Below, one piece after another: positions 21,314 to 31,481 of a stretch of DNA of 64,000 nt. The stretch lies in the NCBI GenBank assembly GCA_963749445.1, contig CAVVMJ010000003.1:715-64714 (forward strand), read 5' to 3'. The notes beneath the pieces are model-generated. The model had not been told where the DNA came from, searched no databases, and saw only the letters and a list, made by a program, of their open reading frames with translations. The stretch is from an uncultured bacterium. GTDB lineage: Bacteria; Patescibacteriota; Doudnabacteria; UBA920. Every line of letters starts with the position of its first letter. Positions within the stretch are counted from its first letter, which is position 1. Position numbers and translations under genes: made by a program.

Positions 21314-21667
21314 TTAAAATGCAACTTGAATTGAAGAAAGACGGTATAAATTCAAAATTAATAAAGAAAAAATAAAAATGATAAAAACAACTATCCAAAG
21401 AGCAACTCTATTCTTAATATTCTTTCTTATTATTATTAAAAAAATCGCCGTGAAGAAAAGGCCAAAAAATTCTAATAATATCAGATTGCTCCATAAGCCA
21501 GCATTACCATAGCTATCTAAAAAATTAGGTCTCCAAACCTGGTAAGATCCATTTTTAAGAGAGCTGACGGTTGCATAATACATTTTGTATGCTGGGCTCC
21601 ACAACACTTCCGGCACCACGAACATTGCCAAAAATATTCCTAACAAAATTCTTTGCAGTTTTGTCAT
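21314..21667 (-). CDS. Small membrane protein
   Basis: Three TM segments, AT-rich. Confidence 0.65.
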   Translation of the reverse strand: MTKLQRILLGIFLAMFVVPEVLWSPAYKMYYATVSSLKNGSYQVWRPNFLDSYGNAGLWSNLILLEFFGLFFTAIFLIIIRKNIKNRVALWIVVFIIFIFSLLILNLYRLSSIQVAF

Positions 21668-21749
21668 TTTGTTTCCTTTCGTTTTATAAATTACCCTATC
21701 TTAATAATATCAAACCAAAAACCGCTGTCAATAAGCGGTTTAAACTGGC

Positions 21750-22280
21750 TCATTCCCACCGCTTGAACAAGTTGCTGACAAGCCCGTTTTTTATACTTCT
21801 GTAAATTTTTACACATAACGCACCCAATATATCCGATACAAATATCACAACAAGTAAATTAGAGAATACGATTAAATATAAAATAAGTCTTTTTGAAACA
21901 TCGTAACTATCGTATTGAAAATGGGTAACTAAAATTAGAGGGTATGAGATAAGTAAAAACCCAAAATCCGTAAAGTTAAACCAGCCCGGCTCATAAAACA
22001 AATTAAAAATTGTTGAAACAATGACTAATCCTAAACTTACACCCAGAACAATATAACCAATTTTTGAAAAGAATAGCCGCTTTCCTTCTGCTTTTGGATT
22101 CTTTCGATAAAAAGAATAGACCTGTTGAAAGAAAGGAATGGAAATAAAAGCCAAAACTACTCCCCCACCCAATACTTGCGACATATCCCCGATGGATACC
22201 AAGAACAAAAAAAGCACAAGCGTTATCCAAGCACTCACAATAGTAAAAAACACGTCTTTATAAAGAAAATATTTTCGCAC
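21750..22280 (-). CDS. Membrane protein
   Basis: About five TM segments, AT-rich. Confidence 0.6.
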   Translation of the reverse strand: MRKYFLYKDVFFTIVSAWITLVLFLFLVSIGDMSQVLGGGVVLAFISIPFFQQVYSFYRKNPKAEGKRLFFSKIGYIVLGVSLGLVIVSTIFNLFYEPGWFNFTDFGFLLISYPLILVTHFQYDSYDVSKRLILYLIVFSNLLVVIFVSDILGALCVKIYRSIKNGLVSNLFKRWE

Positions 22281-22334
22281 TGCAAAAAATTATTCAGTTA
22301 ATTTTATATTTGGTTTTTCTTCAAAGTATTTGCC

Positions 22335-22859
22335 TTATTTGGGTAAGGGTAAACCTAATTTTTTTAGTGGCAAATATTCAAAATAGTACTGGCACCCAAC
22401 GGAAATAATATAATCAAGCGTGTCTTTATAAGCTGGATGTTTGAACCAGTCGCTTAAAATGTAAATATATTCAACTTCAATATTAAGAGCTGACATCAGC
22501 TTCTTATATTGCTTCTTTTTAAAATCGCAGGTTTGCAATTTTTCGTCTACCGAACCAGCAACTTTTTGGAATTTCATTTCAATGATGAAGAGCGTGTTAT
22601 TTACAATAACATAAAGCGCCTCATCTGGAAGTAATTTTTTGGAAATTATTTTTTTGTAATCAACCTTCTGCGATTCCAAATATTTGTACAGCCCGTTTTT
22701 CCTGTAGCTTTTTGCCACTTCTTTGCCGTTGAATAAAATTGTATTACCGTGTTGAACCGTGTAACCTTTAGTCTTAGATAAAAGGGTTAAAATATCTATT
22801 TTTCTTTCAAACTTTAAGCCAGTTTGAGTGTTGGCACCACCTTTGCCTTTTTCAATCAT
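22335..22859 (-). CDS. PD-(D/E)XK restriction endonuclease-like protein
   Basis: LPDE...IIEMKFQ motif, directly downstream of a DNA methyltransferase. Confidence 0.75.
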   Translation of the reverse strand: MIEKGKGGANTQTGLKFERKIDILTLLSKTKGYTVQHGNTILFNGKEVAKSYRKNGLYKYLESQKVDYKKIISKKLLPDEALYVIVNNTLFIIEMKFQKVAGSVDEKLQTCDFKKKQYKKLMSALNIEVEYIYILSDWFKHPAYKDTLDYIISVGCQYYFEYLPLKKLGLPLPK

Positions 22860-22864
22860 AAAGA

Positions 22865-23783
22865 CTATTTAAACAATTCGGCTTGCTTGACCCCGATCTT
22901 GTTGATTAATTTTATTGTTTTTGAGCTTTCAATTTTTATAGTCGCCTTATTTAGTTCCGCGACTAAAAGTCCAAGCTCATTATATCTTTTTATGGATAAA
23001 TCCAAGTATTTTTTCTCTAGATCCATACCTATAAATTTTCTTTTAAGAGCACTGGCGGCAATGCCGGTGGTGGAACTACCAGTAAATGGATCCAAAATAA
23101 CATCACCCTCATTGGTGCTGGCAAGAATAATTCGCTTGAGCAAATCTATGGGTTTTTGGGTTGGGTGTTTGCCAAACTTTTTTTCAGCGGGTTTTGGCGT
23201 TCCCATTGACCAAACCGAACGCATTTGGAGCCCTGGCTTTTTTAAGCGCATCTTCCGGCCAGGTGCCGTTTTTCATCAAATCATAATTAAAAATATGTTT
23301 TGCCGTTTTGTCTTTTCTTGCCCAAATTAAAGTTTCGTGGCTGGCAGTAAAAAATCGACAACTTAAATTAGGTGAAGCGTTCGGTTTAAACCAAGCAATA
23401 TCATTAAGCACATGAAAACCAGCGACCTGCAAAGCAAAGCCGCATTGATAAATTGAGTGATAAGTTCCACTAATCCAAAGCGTACCCGACGGCTTTAAAA
23501 CTCTTTTGACAGCCTGTATCCATTCAAGGTGGAATTCAAAATCTTTTTTGAGACCATTGCTCTTGTCCCACTCACCTTTATTTACGCTCACTCGCCTTCC
23601 GGCATGAACACTAAACCCGCCATTGGAAAGTAAGTAAGGGGGGTCCGCAAAAACCATATCAACAGAATTTTCAGGCAACTGCTTGAGTATATTTAAACAA
23701 TCAGAGTTATATAAGACAAAATCACTCTGAATAAAATAAGGTTTATCCTGAACCCCAGAAAGGATTTTGGTGTTAGCCTCCAT
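22865..23783 (-). CDS. N6/N4 DNA methyltransferase, beta class (DpnA-like); frameshift in an A-run near 23240
   Basis: DPPY in the first ORF; HPTQKP and LDPFTGS in the second. Confidence 0.88.
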
Positions 23784-23909
23784 ATGCTTTTTTTTAGTTT
23801 TTTTCTTCCTTTTCATATAGTATACAATCGTTCACCAATTGTCAAATAAATACTTGTGGATAAGTTTTTTGAGGCTCTCTTTTAGCTAATTTTAGCATTT
23901 TTAGGGCGG

Positions 23910-24240
23910 TTTAACCAATTTTAAAGGCCCGGGTTGGAGCCTTTGGTTTTATTGATGAATGATAGCTGGTTGGTGTCAGGGTTTAAATAGAAATTACCAT
24001 CTGATATGCGTATTTTCAGTTGTCCGATTTTTTCGGGCAACTCACTTACTTCCTCGCAAGCTTTTGGGAATAAGATAAGATACGTAATCTAGAATTTGGT
24101 TTTAGTGTCGGCGCATCCGTTAAGTAAAATTTACCTTCTGGTGTCCGCATTTTCAGGCGGTCACATTTTGTGACGACCTCGCGGCTATCCTGCACAATGA
24201 TTTTCAAACTGTGACATTTTGTCACGGTTTCATTTTTTAT
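23910..24240 (-). pseudogene. Tandem Bro-N/antirepressor-like gene fragments
   Basis: Manual translations ETVTKCHSLK, EVVTKCDRLKMRTPEGKFYLTD and ELPEKIGQLKIRISDGNFYL; no intact ORF. Confidence 0.6.
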
Positions 24241-24406
24241 AGTTGAGGGCAGTCCTCTGGCGTAAGAGTCCTAAAGCAGAGGGCTGTCCTCAATCTCAAA
24301 ACAATACAATTTTAAAGGCCCGAGTTAGGGGCATGTGGTTTGAATAACGATAGATTTTCTCCCCCGATAATAAGGCCGATAAATCGGCAGACTACGGGGC
24401 ACACTA

Positions 24407-24619
24407 TTATCTGATATCGGTGTCGGGGATGAGGCCTTGCTGGATTAACTCGGAGCGGTGTTTGACGATTTCGGCATCGGTGCCGGTGAACAGGCACATT
24501 TTTCCGCAGCCGCGGCATTTGACTTCCAGGGCGCTGCCGGCATCGCTTAAGAAACCTTTACACAAAAGTTTGTGGCAATCCGGGCAGCGGTATTCCTTTA
24601 AATACTTTGGGTCTATCAT
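24407..24619 (-). CDS. Com-like zinc-ribbon protein
   Basis: EYRCPDCHKLL...EVKCRGCG. Confidence 0.7.
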   Translation of the reverse strand: MIDPKYLKEYRCPDCHKLLCKGFLSDAGSALEVKCRGCGKMCLFTGTDAEIVKHRSELIQQGLIPDTDIR

Positions 24620-24831
24620 ATTTCTGCGGCTTCTTGCCGTCACATTAAAGGCTGGTTGATGAAAGTATTTTAGCAGATGATAAAGCGGGAATCAAGGGCG
24701 ATAATCATCGGTAAGGGATTGCCGCGTCGCCCCTCGGATGCACTCAGGGCTCCTCGCAATGACGAACGAAATTTGGCAGGCCAATCCACCTCCGCTAAGG
24801 CTACGGCGGACAAGGTGGCCTGTACTGCATC

Positions 24832-24854
24832 GGGCGGATGGTATCCGCCCCTAC
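24832..24854 (-). repeat. GTAG-type REP (other copies 28029-28054, 33281-33303, 44348-44372)
   Basis: GTAGGGGCGG-N-CCGCCC foot plus hairpin at gene ends. Confidence 0.75.
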
Positions 24855-24889
24855 ATCCGCGCAATCTGCGACATCCGCGTATCCGCAAA

Positions 24890-27795
24890 CTACAATACCT
24901 TTTTCAAATACTGCCCCGTAAAACTCGCTTTGACTTTGACAATGTCTTCGGGCGTGCCCGCGGCCACGAGCTCGCCGCCCTTGTCCCCGCCTTCGGGGCC
25001 AAGGTCTATGACCCAGTCCGCGGTTTTGATAATGTCCAAATTGTGCTCAATCACCACCACGGTGTTGCCCTTTTCCACCAGCTTGTTTAAAACCAAAATC
25101 AATCTTTTAATGTCGGCAAAATGCAGGCCCGTGGTCGGCTCATCCAGCAAATACAAAGTCCGGCCCGTGGCCGCGCGCGAAAGTTCGGTCGCCAGTTTAA
25201 TCCTTTGCGCTTCCCCGCCGCTCAAAGTGGTGGCGTTCTGGCCCAAACACATATAGCCCAAGCCCACCTGGGACAGGGTTTCCAGTTTTTTGTGGATTTG
25301 CGGCAAATTGGCAAAAAACACTTTGGCGTCATCTACTGTCATTTCCAAGACGTCGGAAATATTTTTTTCCTTGTAATGGATTTCCAAAGCCTGTTGGTTG
25401 TAGCGCTTGCCGTGGCACTCGTCGCAGGTAATGTACACATCCGGCAAAAAATTCATTTCCACCTGGATGACGCCGTCGCCCGCGCATTTTTCGCACCGCC
25501 CGCCGCGCACGTTAAAACTGAACCGGCCGGCCCGGTAACCGCGCATCCGCGCCTCGCGCGTGTCGGAAAACAAATCGCGGATCGGCGTAAACAAACCCGT
25601 GTACGTGGCCGGATTGGAACGCGGCGTGCGGCCGATTGGCGATTGGTCAATATTTATAATTTTATCCAAATGTTCCAGCCCCAGAATTTTTTTGTGCTTG
25701 CCCGGCTCTTCCTTGCTGTTAAAAAAATAGTGGTTCAGCGCTTTGGCCAAAATTTCGTTGAGCAAAGTGGATTTGCCGCTGCCGGACACGCCGGTGACGC
25801 AAACAAATTTGCCCAGCGGAATATCCGCGTTAATATTTTTAAGGTTAAATTCCTCGGCTCCCACAATGCTGAGTTTTCTGCCGTTACCCGGGCGGCGCCG
25901 CTTGGGCACTTCTATAAATTCCTTGCCTGCCAAATACTGGCCGGTTAAACTTTTGGCGCTTTTTTGGATTTGCGGCCGGCGTGCCTTGGGCCACCAGTTC
26001 CCCGCCGTGCTTACCCGCGCCCGGCCCAATGTCCACCACCCAGTCCGCCTCGCGGATGGTTTCCTCGTCGTGCTCCACTACGATTACAGTATTACCCAAG
26101 TCGCGCAAATCTTTTAAAGTTTGCAGCAACCGACGGTTGTCGCGCTGATGCAGGCCAATGGAAGGTTCATCCAATATATAGAGCACACCGGTGAGCCCGC
26201 TGCCGATTTGCGTGGCCAGGCGGATGCGCTGCGCTTCCCCGCCGCACAAAGTATCGGCCGTTCGGTCTAAAGACAAATAAGCCAGCCCCACATTCAGCAA
26301 GAACGAAAGCCGCGCATTAATTTCCTTTAAAATCTGTTTGGATATAGTTTGGTCTTTAACGCTTAAGACTTTGGGCAAATTTTTAAAAAATTCCGCGGTT
26401 TGGTCTATGGACAGGTGGGAAACATCCACTATCCCCTCACCGCCCACGGTTACGACCAAAACTTCGGGCTTGAGGCGTTTGCCCAAACAAACCTCGCACT
26501 GGCGGACGCGCATATAATTTTCGATTTCGCTGCGCATAAATTCGGAATCGGTTTCGCTGTAGCGGCGCTGCAAGTTGGGAATGACGCCCTCAAAAGCGGT
26601 ATTCATTTCAAACTGGCCGTCGCGGGTGGAAAATTCGCCGGCCACTTTGACTTTTTTCCCGCCCGTGCCGTACAAAACCACGTCAATAATTTTTTTGGGG
26701 AGATCCTTAACCGGCGTGTTCACGGAAAATCCGTATTCTTTGGCCACGGCTTCTAAAATTCGCGAGTACCAAGACAGGCGCGAAGTGGTTTTGCTCCACG
26801 GGCGGACGGCGCCTTCGGCCAGGGTTAATTTTTGGTTGGGCATAACCAAGTCCGGCTCCACCGTGAGCTTGGTGCCCAGGCCCTTGCACTCCGGGCAGGC
26901 GCCGTGCGGGCTGTTAAAACTAAAATCGCGCGGGTCCAGCTCGTTAAGCGACATATGCCCGTCAGGACAGGCAAAATTTTGGGAGAGGGTGATTTCTTGT
27001 CCCCCTGTAGCGGCATGCCTCGGCATGCCGTCTTGTTTAGGCACGCCACGGCGTGCCTCTACATCAGATGATACCATTTTAATGGCAATCGCCATCCCAT
27101 CGCCCAAATCCAAAGCCTTTTCCAAACTCTCGGCCAACCGCGCCCGGTCTTTTTGGGAAATGATAATTCTGTCCACCACCACGTCTATGGAATGTTTTTT
27201 TTGCTTGTCCAAATTTAGCCCCTGGGCCTCGTTCAAATCCATAACCGTACCGTCCACGCGGACGCGGGCAAAACCTGCTTTTTTGATTTGTTCAAAAATA
27301 TGCTTGTGCTCGCCTTTTTGGTCGCGCACAAACGGCGCCAGGAGCATCAAGCCGGTGCCTTCGGGCAAACTCGAGCAGCTGCTCCACCATGGCCTGCGGG
27401 GTCTGGCCGGAAATTTTTTTACCGCAAACCGGGCAGTGCGGAATGCCGATGCGAGCGTACAATAATCTTAAATAGTCATAAATTTCCGTGACCGTGCCCA
27501 CGGTTGAGCGCGGATTGTGGCTGGCGGATTTTTGGTCAATGGATATTGCCGGGCTCAAACCCTCTATTTTATCCACATCAGGTTTATCCATAAGGCCGAT
27601 GAACTGGCGCGCGTAGGCGGAAAGCGATTCCACATAGCGGCGCTGGCCTTCGGCGTAAATGGTGTCAAACGCCAAAGACGACTTGCCACTGCCCGACAAG
27701 CCGGTTAACACCACTAGCTTGTTGCGCGGCAAATCCACGTCCAAATTTTTTAAATTGTGCATCCGCGCCCCGCGGATGCTTATAATGTCCTTCAT
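24890..27795 (-). CDS. uvrA: Excinuclease ABC subunit A (apparent frameshifts near 27370 and 25975)
   Basis: Three consecutive ORFs carry GLSGSGKS, zinc fingers, GGEAQRI twice and GVSGSGKS. Confidence 0.96.
27006..27063 (-). repeat. Paired inverted GTAG-REP element in-frame within uvrA; sister copy at 30081-30141 in uvrC
   Basis: TGTAGAGGCACGCCGTGGCGTGCCT...GACGGCATGCC..GGCATGCCGCTACA in both genes. Confidence 0.9.
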
Positions 27796-28341
27796 ACGGC
27801 GCTGATATTACGCTGATTAGTACGCTGATATGTCGCTGAAACGATGAAGAATAAGTTCAGCGTTTGTTCAGCGTACCTATCACCCCTCGGCAATGTTCGG
27901 GGTGACCCTGAGCATTGCCGAATGGGTCAGCGTCCATTCAGCGGATAAAGTAAAAACAGGCTAGTAGCAATTTTACCACGGATGTCAAGAGAATGCAAGA
28001 GCCTAGCCGCGGATCTGCACGCAGATCCGTAGGGGCGGGTTTGTAACCCGCCCTGATTCGGGCTGATAAAAAACCAAAATTTTTGCCTTATATAAAAGCC
28101 AATTTTACATATGTTTGTCAAAATTATATTTTACTTTAAATAAAGCAGATTTAGTTGGACAAAACAAAGACCCGCGCTAGTCCCGAAACAACGTTCGGGG
28201 GCGAGGGTCAGCGAAACAGTCTCAATACGAAGGAGACCACGTCGTAAAAGCCTAAAAAGGCCAAGAACAACAATATGGGGATCACAGCGGGAGACTTTTC
28301 GATGAAGTCCAAAAATTTTGCCCGCCAGCCGCTAATACGAA

Positions 28342-29039
28342 TCACTCCTGGGACCACGGCTCCTCCTTCCTGGACACTACAATCTTCGCTACCGGCTTAA
28401 CCAGCCATAATAGCGAGACACAATGTCCAGTATGGCGACCGCCCCGAGCCCAAGACAGAGGTAGCGCCGGTCTTGGGCTGAGAATCACCTCTTCCGGGAA
28501 TAGTAATACCGCTGATATTTCGGCATTCTTCACCTCCCCCACCAGGTGCAGTAAAGCACCCAACAAACCGTGCCGATCGTAGCCAGCGAAGACCAGAACT
28601 CAGCGGGCGATGACAGGGAAAACCGCTGACCAGCGGCGTAGTCCCTAGTGGCAATGACGCACAACCAGGAGAGACTGGCACCAGCCGCCGCAATCGCCAA
28701 CCAAAACTGTAGTAAGGTCGGCCGGCTGCGCCGGCTTAAAACAAACTGGCCGAGACAAAAGCGGTATACCCGCAATGTGGGCTTGACAAAAACCCGGTGA
28801 GCGAACTCCGCCAGGGCCAGAAAGGTCAGAAACCCCAAATCGGAAAGTTCCTCCAGGGTTCCTGGATCATCAGACGGATCGATGCTGATGAACCTGTTGC
28901 TGACCGGGATATCCCCTTCCCGGCTGCGCCGACTCAAACCGATGGGACTGTTGCCGGATAGAGCATATGGCCACCATCCGGCCTTCCCATGCAATGGGTC
29001 GACGCGCCCGCAAGGGGGCACACGAGAGCTTGTAACCAT
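28342..29039 (-). CDS. Orphan GC-richer membrane protein, probably frameshifted near 28535
   Basis: Strong AAGGAGG RBS, TM-like segments, adjacent ORFs in different frames. Confidence 0.45.
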
Positions 29040-29166
29040 TAATTAATTCCTCCTTCCGTTGCCCCTAACCGCAGGGCTGTGGAATAAATATATTTTCTGC
29101 GCCTAAAAGATTTTTGTCAACCACATCTCGACACCAAACCGCCTGACGGATATAATTACTTATGAA

Positions 29167-31131
29167 ATGACCCAAATCCAAAATCTCTCCACCAGCGGCG
29201 GATCCGCCTTCGGCGGAAAATCCAAAATCTCAAATATCCCAAAACAGCCCGGCGTTTACCAGTTTTTGGATAAAGACGGCGGGGTTATTTATATTGGCAA
29301 GGCCAAAAATTTGCGCTCGCGCGTGGGGCAATATTTTAACGGCAGCGATGAGCGGCCCCAAATCCCCCACCTGATGAATGAGGCGGCGGATTTTAGTTAT
29401 ACCGTTGTCAATAACGAACTGGAAAGTTTGTATTTGGAAAACACTTTGATAAAACAGTATCTGCCGAAATATAACATTTTACTGCGCGACGACAAAAACT
29501 ACGCGTTCATTAAAATAGATTACTCAACCGAGATACCGCAGATTGGCTACGCAAGAAAAATAGAAAATCCGGGACTTAGCCCTAAACCCTTAGCCCTTAG
29601 CCCTAAATACTTTGGTCCCTACACCGCCGCCTACAAAATCCGCGACACACTTCATTTAATGCGCAAAATTTTTCCCTACTGCTCGGCGACAAAAGTTTCG
29701 GGAAAACCGTGTTTCCACTATCACCTGCACCGCTGCCCGGGCGTGTGCATTGGGAAAATCACGCTTGACGAGTACCGGCTGACCTTAAAAAAAATTGAGG
29801 ATTTTTTGGCCGGCAATACGGCAAAAGTCGGCAAACAGCTGCAAAGCGAAATGCGCACTGCCGCCTCCAAAAAACAGTTTGAAAAAGCCGCCCGTTTGCG
29901 CGACCAACTGAATTCGCTAAAGCTTTTACAGGAACGCCAAACCGTAATTTTAGCCAAAAAAGTGGACTGGGATATTGTGTCTTTGGCGGCTTCCGATGGT
30001 TATGCCTGCGTTAACCTGTTTAAAGTGCGCGAAGGCAAATTGCAGGACAAAGAAGATTTTGTGTACGAGATGGGCTCCGATGTAGAGGCACGCCGTGGCG
30101 TGCCTGAACAAAATGACGGCATGCCCCGGCATGCCGCTACAGAATATACATTAACATTACAAACCTTCCTTGAACAGTACTATTCGGAAGCTTCCAGCGT
30201 TCCTAAAATTATTTATACCCAATATCAGGTCCGGGAATATCGGCTCATAGAAAAACTGATCCGCTCGCGTTATGACCGCGCAGTCAAAATCATCACGCCC
30301 CAAAAAGGCAAAGCCAAAGGGTTAATCAAGCTCGGAACAGCCAACGCGCAGGAATACCTGACGAAATGGCTTTCAGATCAAGCCGGGCATTTGGACAAAA
30401 TCAACCGCGCGCTGGAAGGCCTTAAAAACGCGCTTTGTCTGGAAAAAATCCCCGAGCGGATAGAGTGTTACGACATCAGCAATATCCAGGGCACCAACGC
30501 CGTGGGCAGCATGGTGGTGTTTAAAAACGGCCTGCCGGCCAAATCCGAATACCGAAAATTTCGGATAAAAACCAAGCACACGCCTGACGATTTTGCGATG
30601 ATGCGCGAGATATTGCAAAGAAGATTTAGGCACAATTACGAATTACGCATTACGGATTCTGAAAATTCGCAATCCGCAATCCGCAATCCGCAATCTTACA
30701 ATTGGCCTCTCCCCGACCTCATTGTCATCGACGGCGGAAAAGGACAACTCTCCGCGGCGCTAGGAGCGCTGCGGAAATTTCCAATTTCCAATTTCCAATT
30801 TCCAATTATTGGCTTGGCCAAAAGGATTGAAGAAATCTTCGTTCCGGGCAAATCCGAACCCATTATTTTGCCGCACGACGATCCCGCACTCCAACTCCTC
30901 CAGCGCCTGCGCGACGAGACGCACCGTTTTGGAATTATTTTTCATCGCCAGCTCCGCTCCAAGCAGGCCGTCCGGTCAGCGCTTGATAACATCCCAGGGT
31001 TAGGCCCCAAAACCAAAAAACTGCTCAAAGCCAAATTCGGCACCGTAGCCAGCATCCGGAAAGCCGATTTAAATGATCTTGCCTCGGTTGTTGGGGATAA
31101 AATAGCGCGGAATATAAAATCAAATGTATGA
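29167..31131 (+). CDS. uvrC: Excinuclease ABC subunit C
   Basis: GIY-YIG, UVR, RIECYDIS, IDGGKGQ, HhH. Confidence 0.97.
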   Translation: MTQIQNLSTSGGSAFGGKSKISNIPKQPGVYQFLDKDGGVIYIGKAKNLRSRVGQYFNGSDERPQIPHLMNEAADFSYTVVNNELESLYLENTLIKQYLPKYNILLRDDKNYAFIKIDYSTEIPQIGYARKIENPGLSPKPLALSPKYFGPYTAAYKIRDTLHLMRKIFPYCSATKVSGKPCFHYHLHRCPGVCIGKITLDEYRLTLKKIEDFLAGNTAKVGKQLQSEMRTAASKKQFEKAARLRDQLNSLKLLQERQTVILAKKVDWDIVSLAASDGYACVNLFKVREGKLQDKEDFVYEMGSDVEARRGVPEQNDGMPRHAATEYTLTLQTFLEQYYSEASSVPKIIYTQYQVREYRLIEKLIRSRYDRAVKIITPQKGKAKGLIKLGTANAQEYLTKWLSDQAGHLDKINRALEGLKNALCLEKIPERIECYDISNIQGTNAVGSMVVFKNGLPAKSEYRKFRIKTKHTPDDFAMMREILQRRFRHNYELRITDSENSQSAIRNPQSYNWPLPDLIVIDGGKGQLSAALGALRKFPISNFQFPIIGLAKRIEEIFVPGKSEPIILPHDDPALQLLQRLRDETHRFGIIFHRQLRSKQAVRSALDNIPGLGPKTKKLLKAKFGTVASIRKADLNDLASVVGDKIARNIKSNV

Positions 31132-31256
31132 CTAAATCAGAAAATCGGATCAATCGGATAAATCAGAATCCGATAATCCGATTTATCCGGCACATTGACA
31201 CCAACCTTATAACTTAGTATAATAATCAAGACATTTTTAACAGCCTTCCCCATTCA

Positions 31257-31478
31257 ATGAACCACCCAATTTTTATATTTTTTGATATCCTGGTCATGGC
31301 AATTTTGATTATCGTCATTTCCCTGCAGAACAAGTCGGCCGGGCTGTCCAATGTTTTCGGCGGCGCCGGCAACATTGTCCAGACCCGCCGCGGCTTTGAA
31401 AAATGGCTGTTTTACGCCACCATTGTTTTGGGCATTTTGTTCGTGGGGGTCAACATTACCCTACTCCTGCTTAAGTAA
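31257..31478 (+). CDS. secG: Preprotein translocase SecG
   Basis: Two TM helices around LQ.K.AGLS..FGG...RRG.EK.L. Confidence 0.88.
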   Translation: MNHPIFIFFDILVMAILIIVISLQNKSAGLSNVFGGAGNIVQTRRGFEKWLFYATIVLGILFVGVNITLLLLK

Positions 31479-31481
31479 CTA

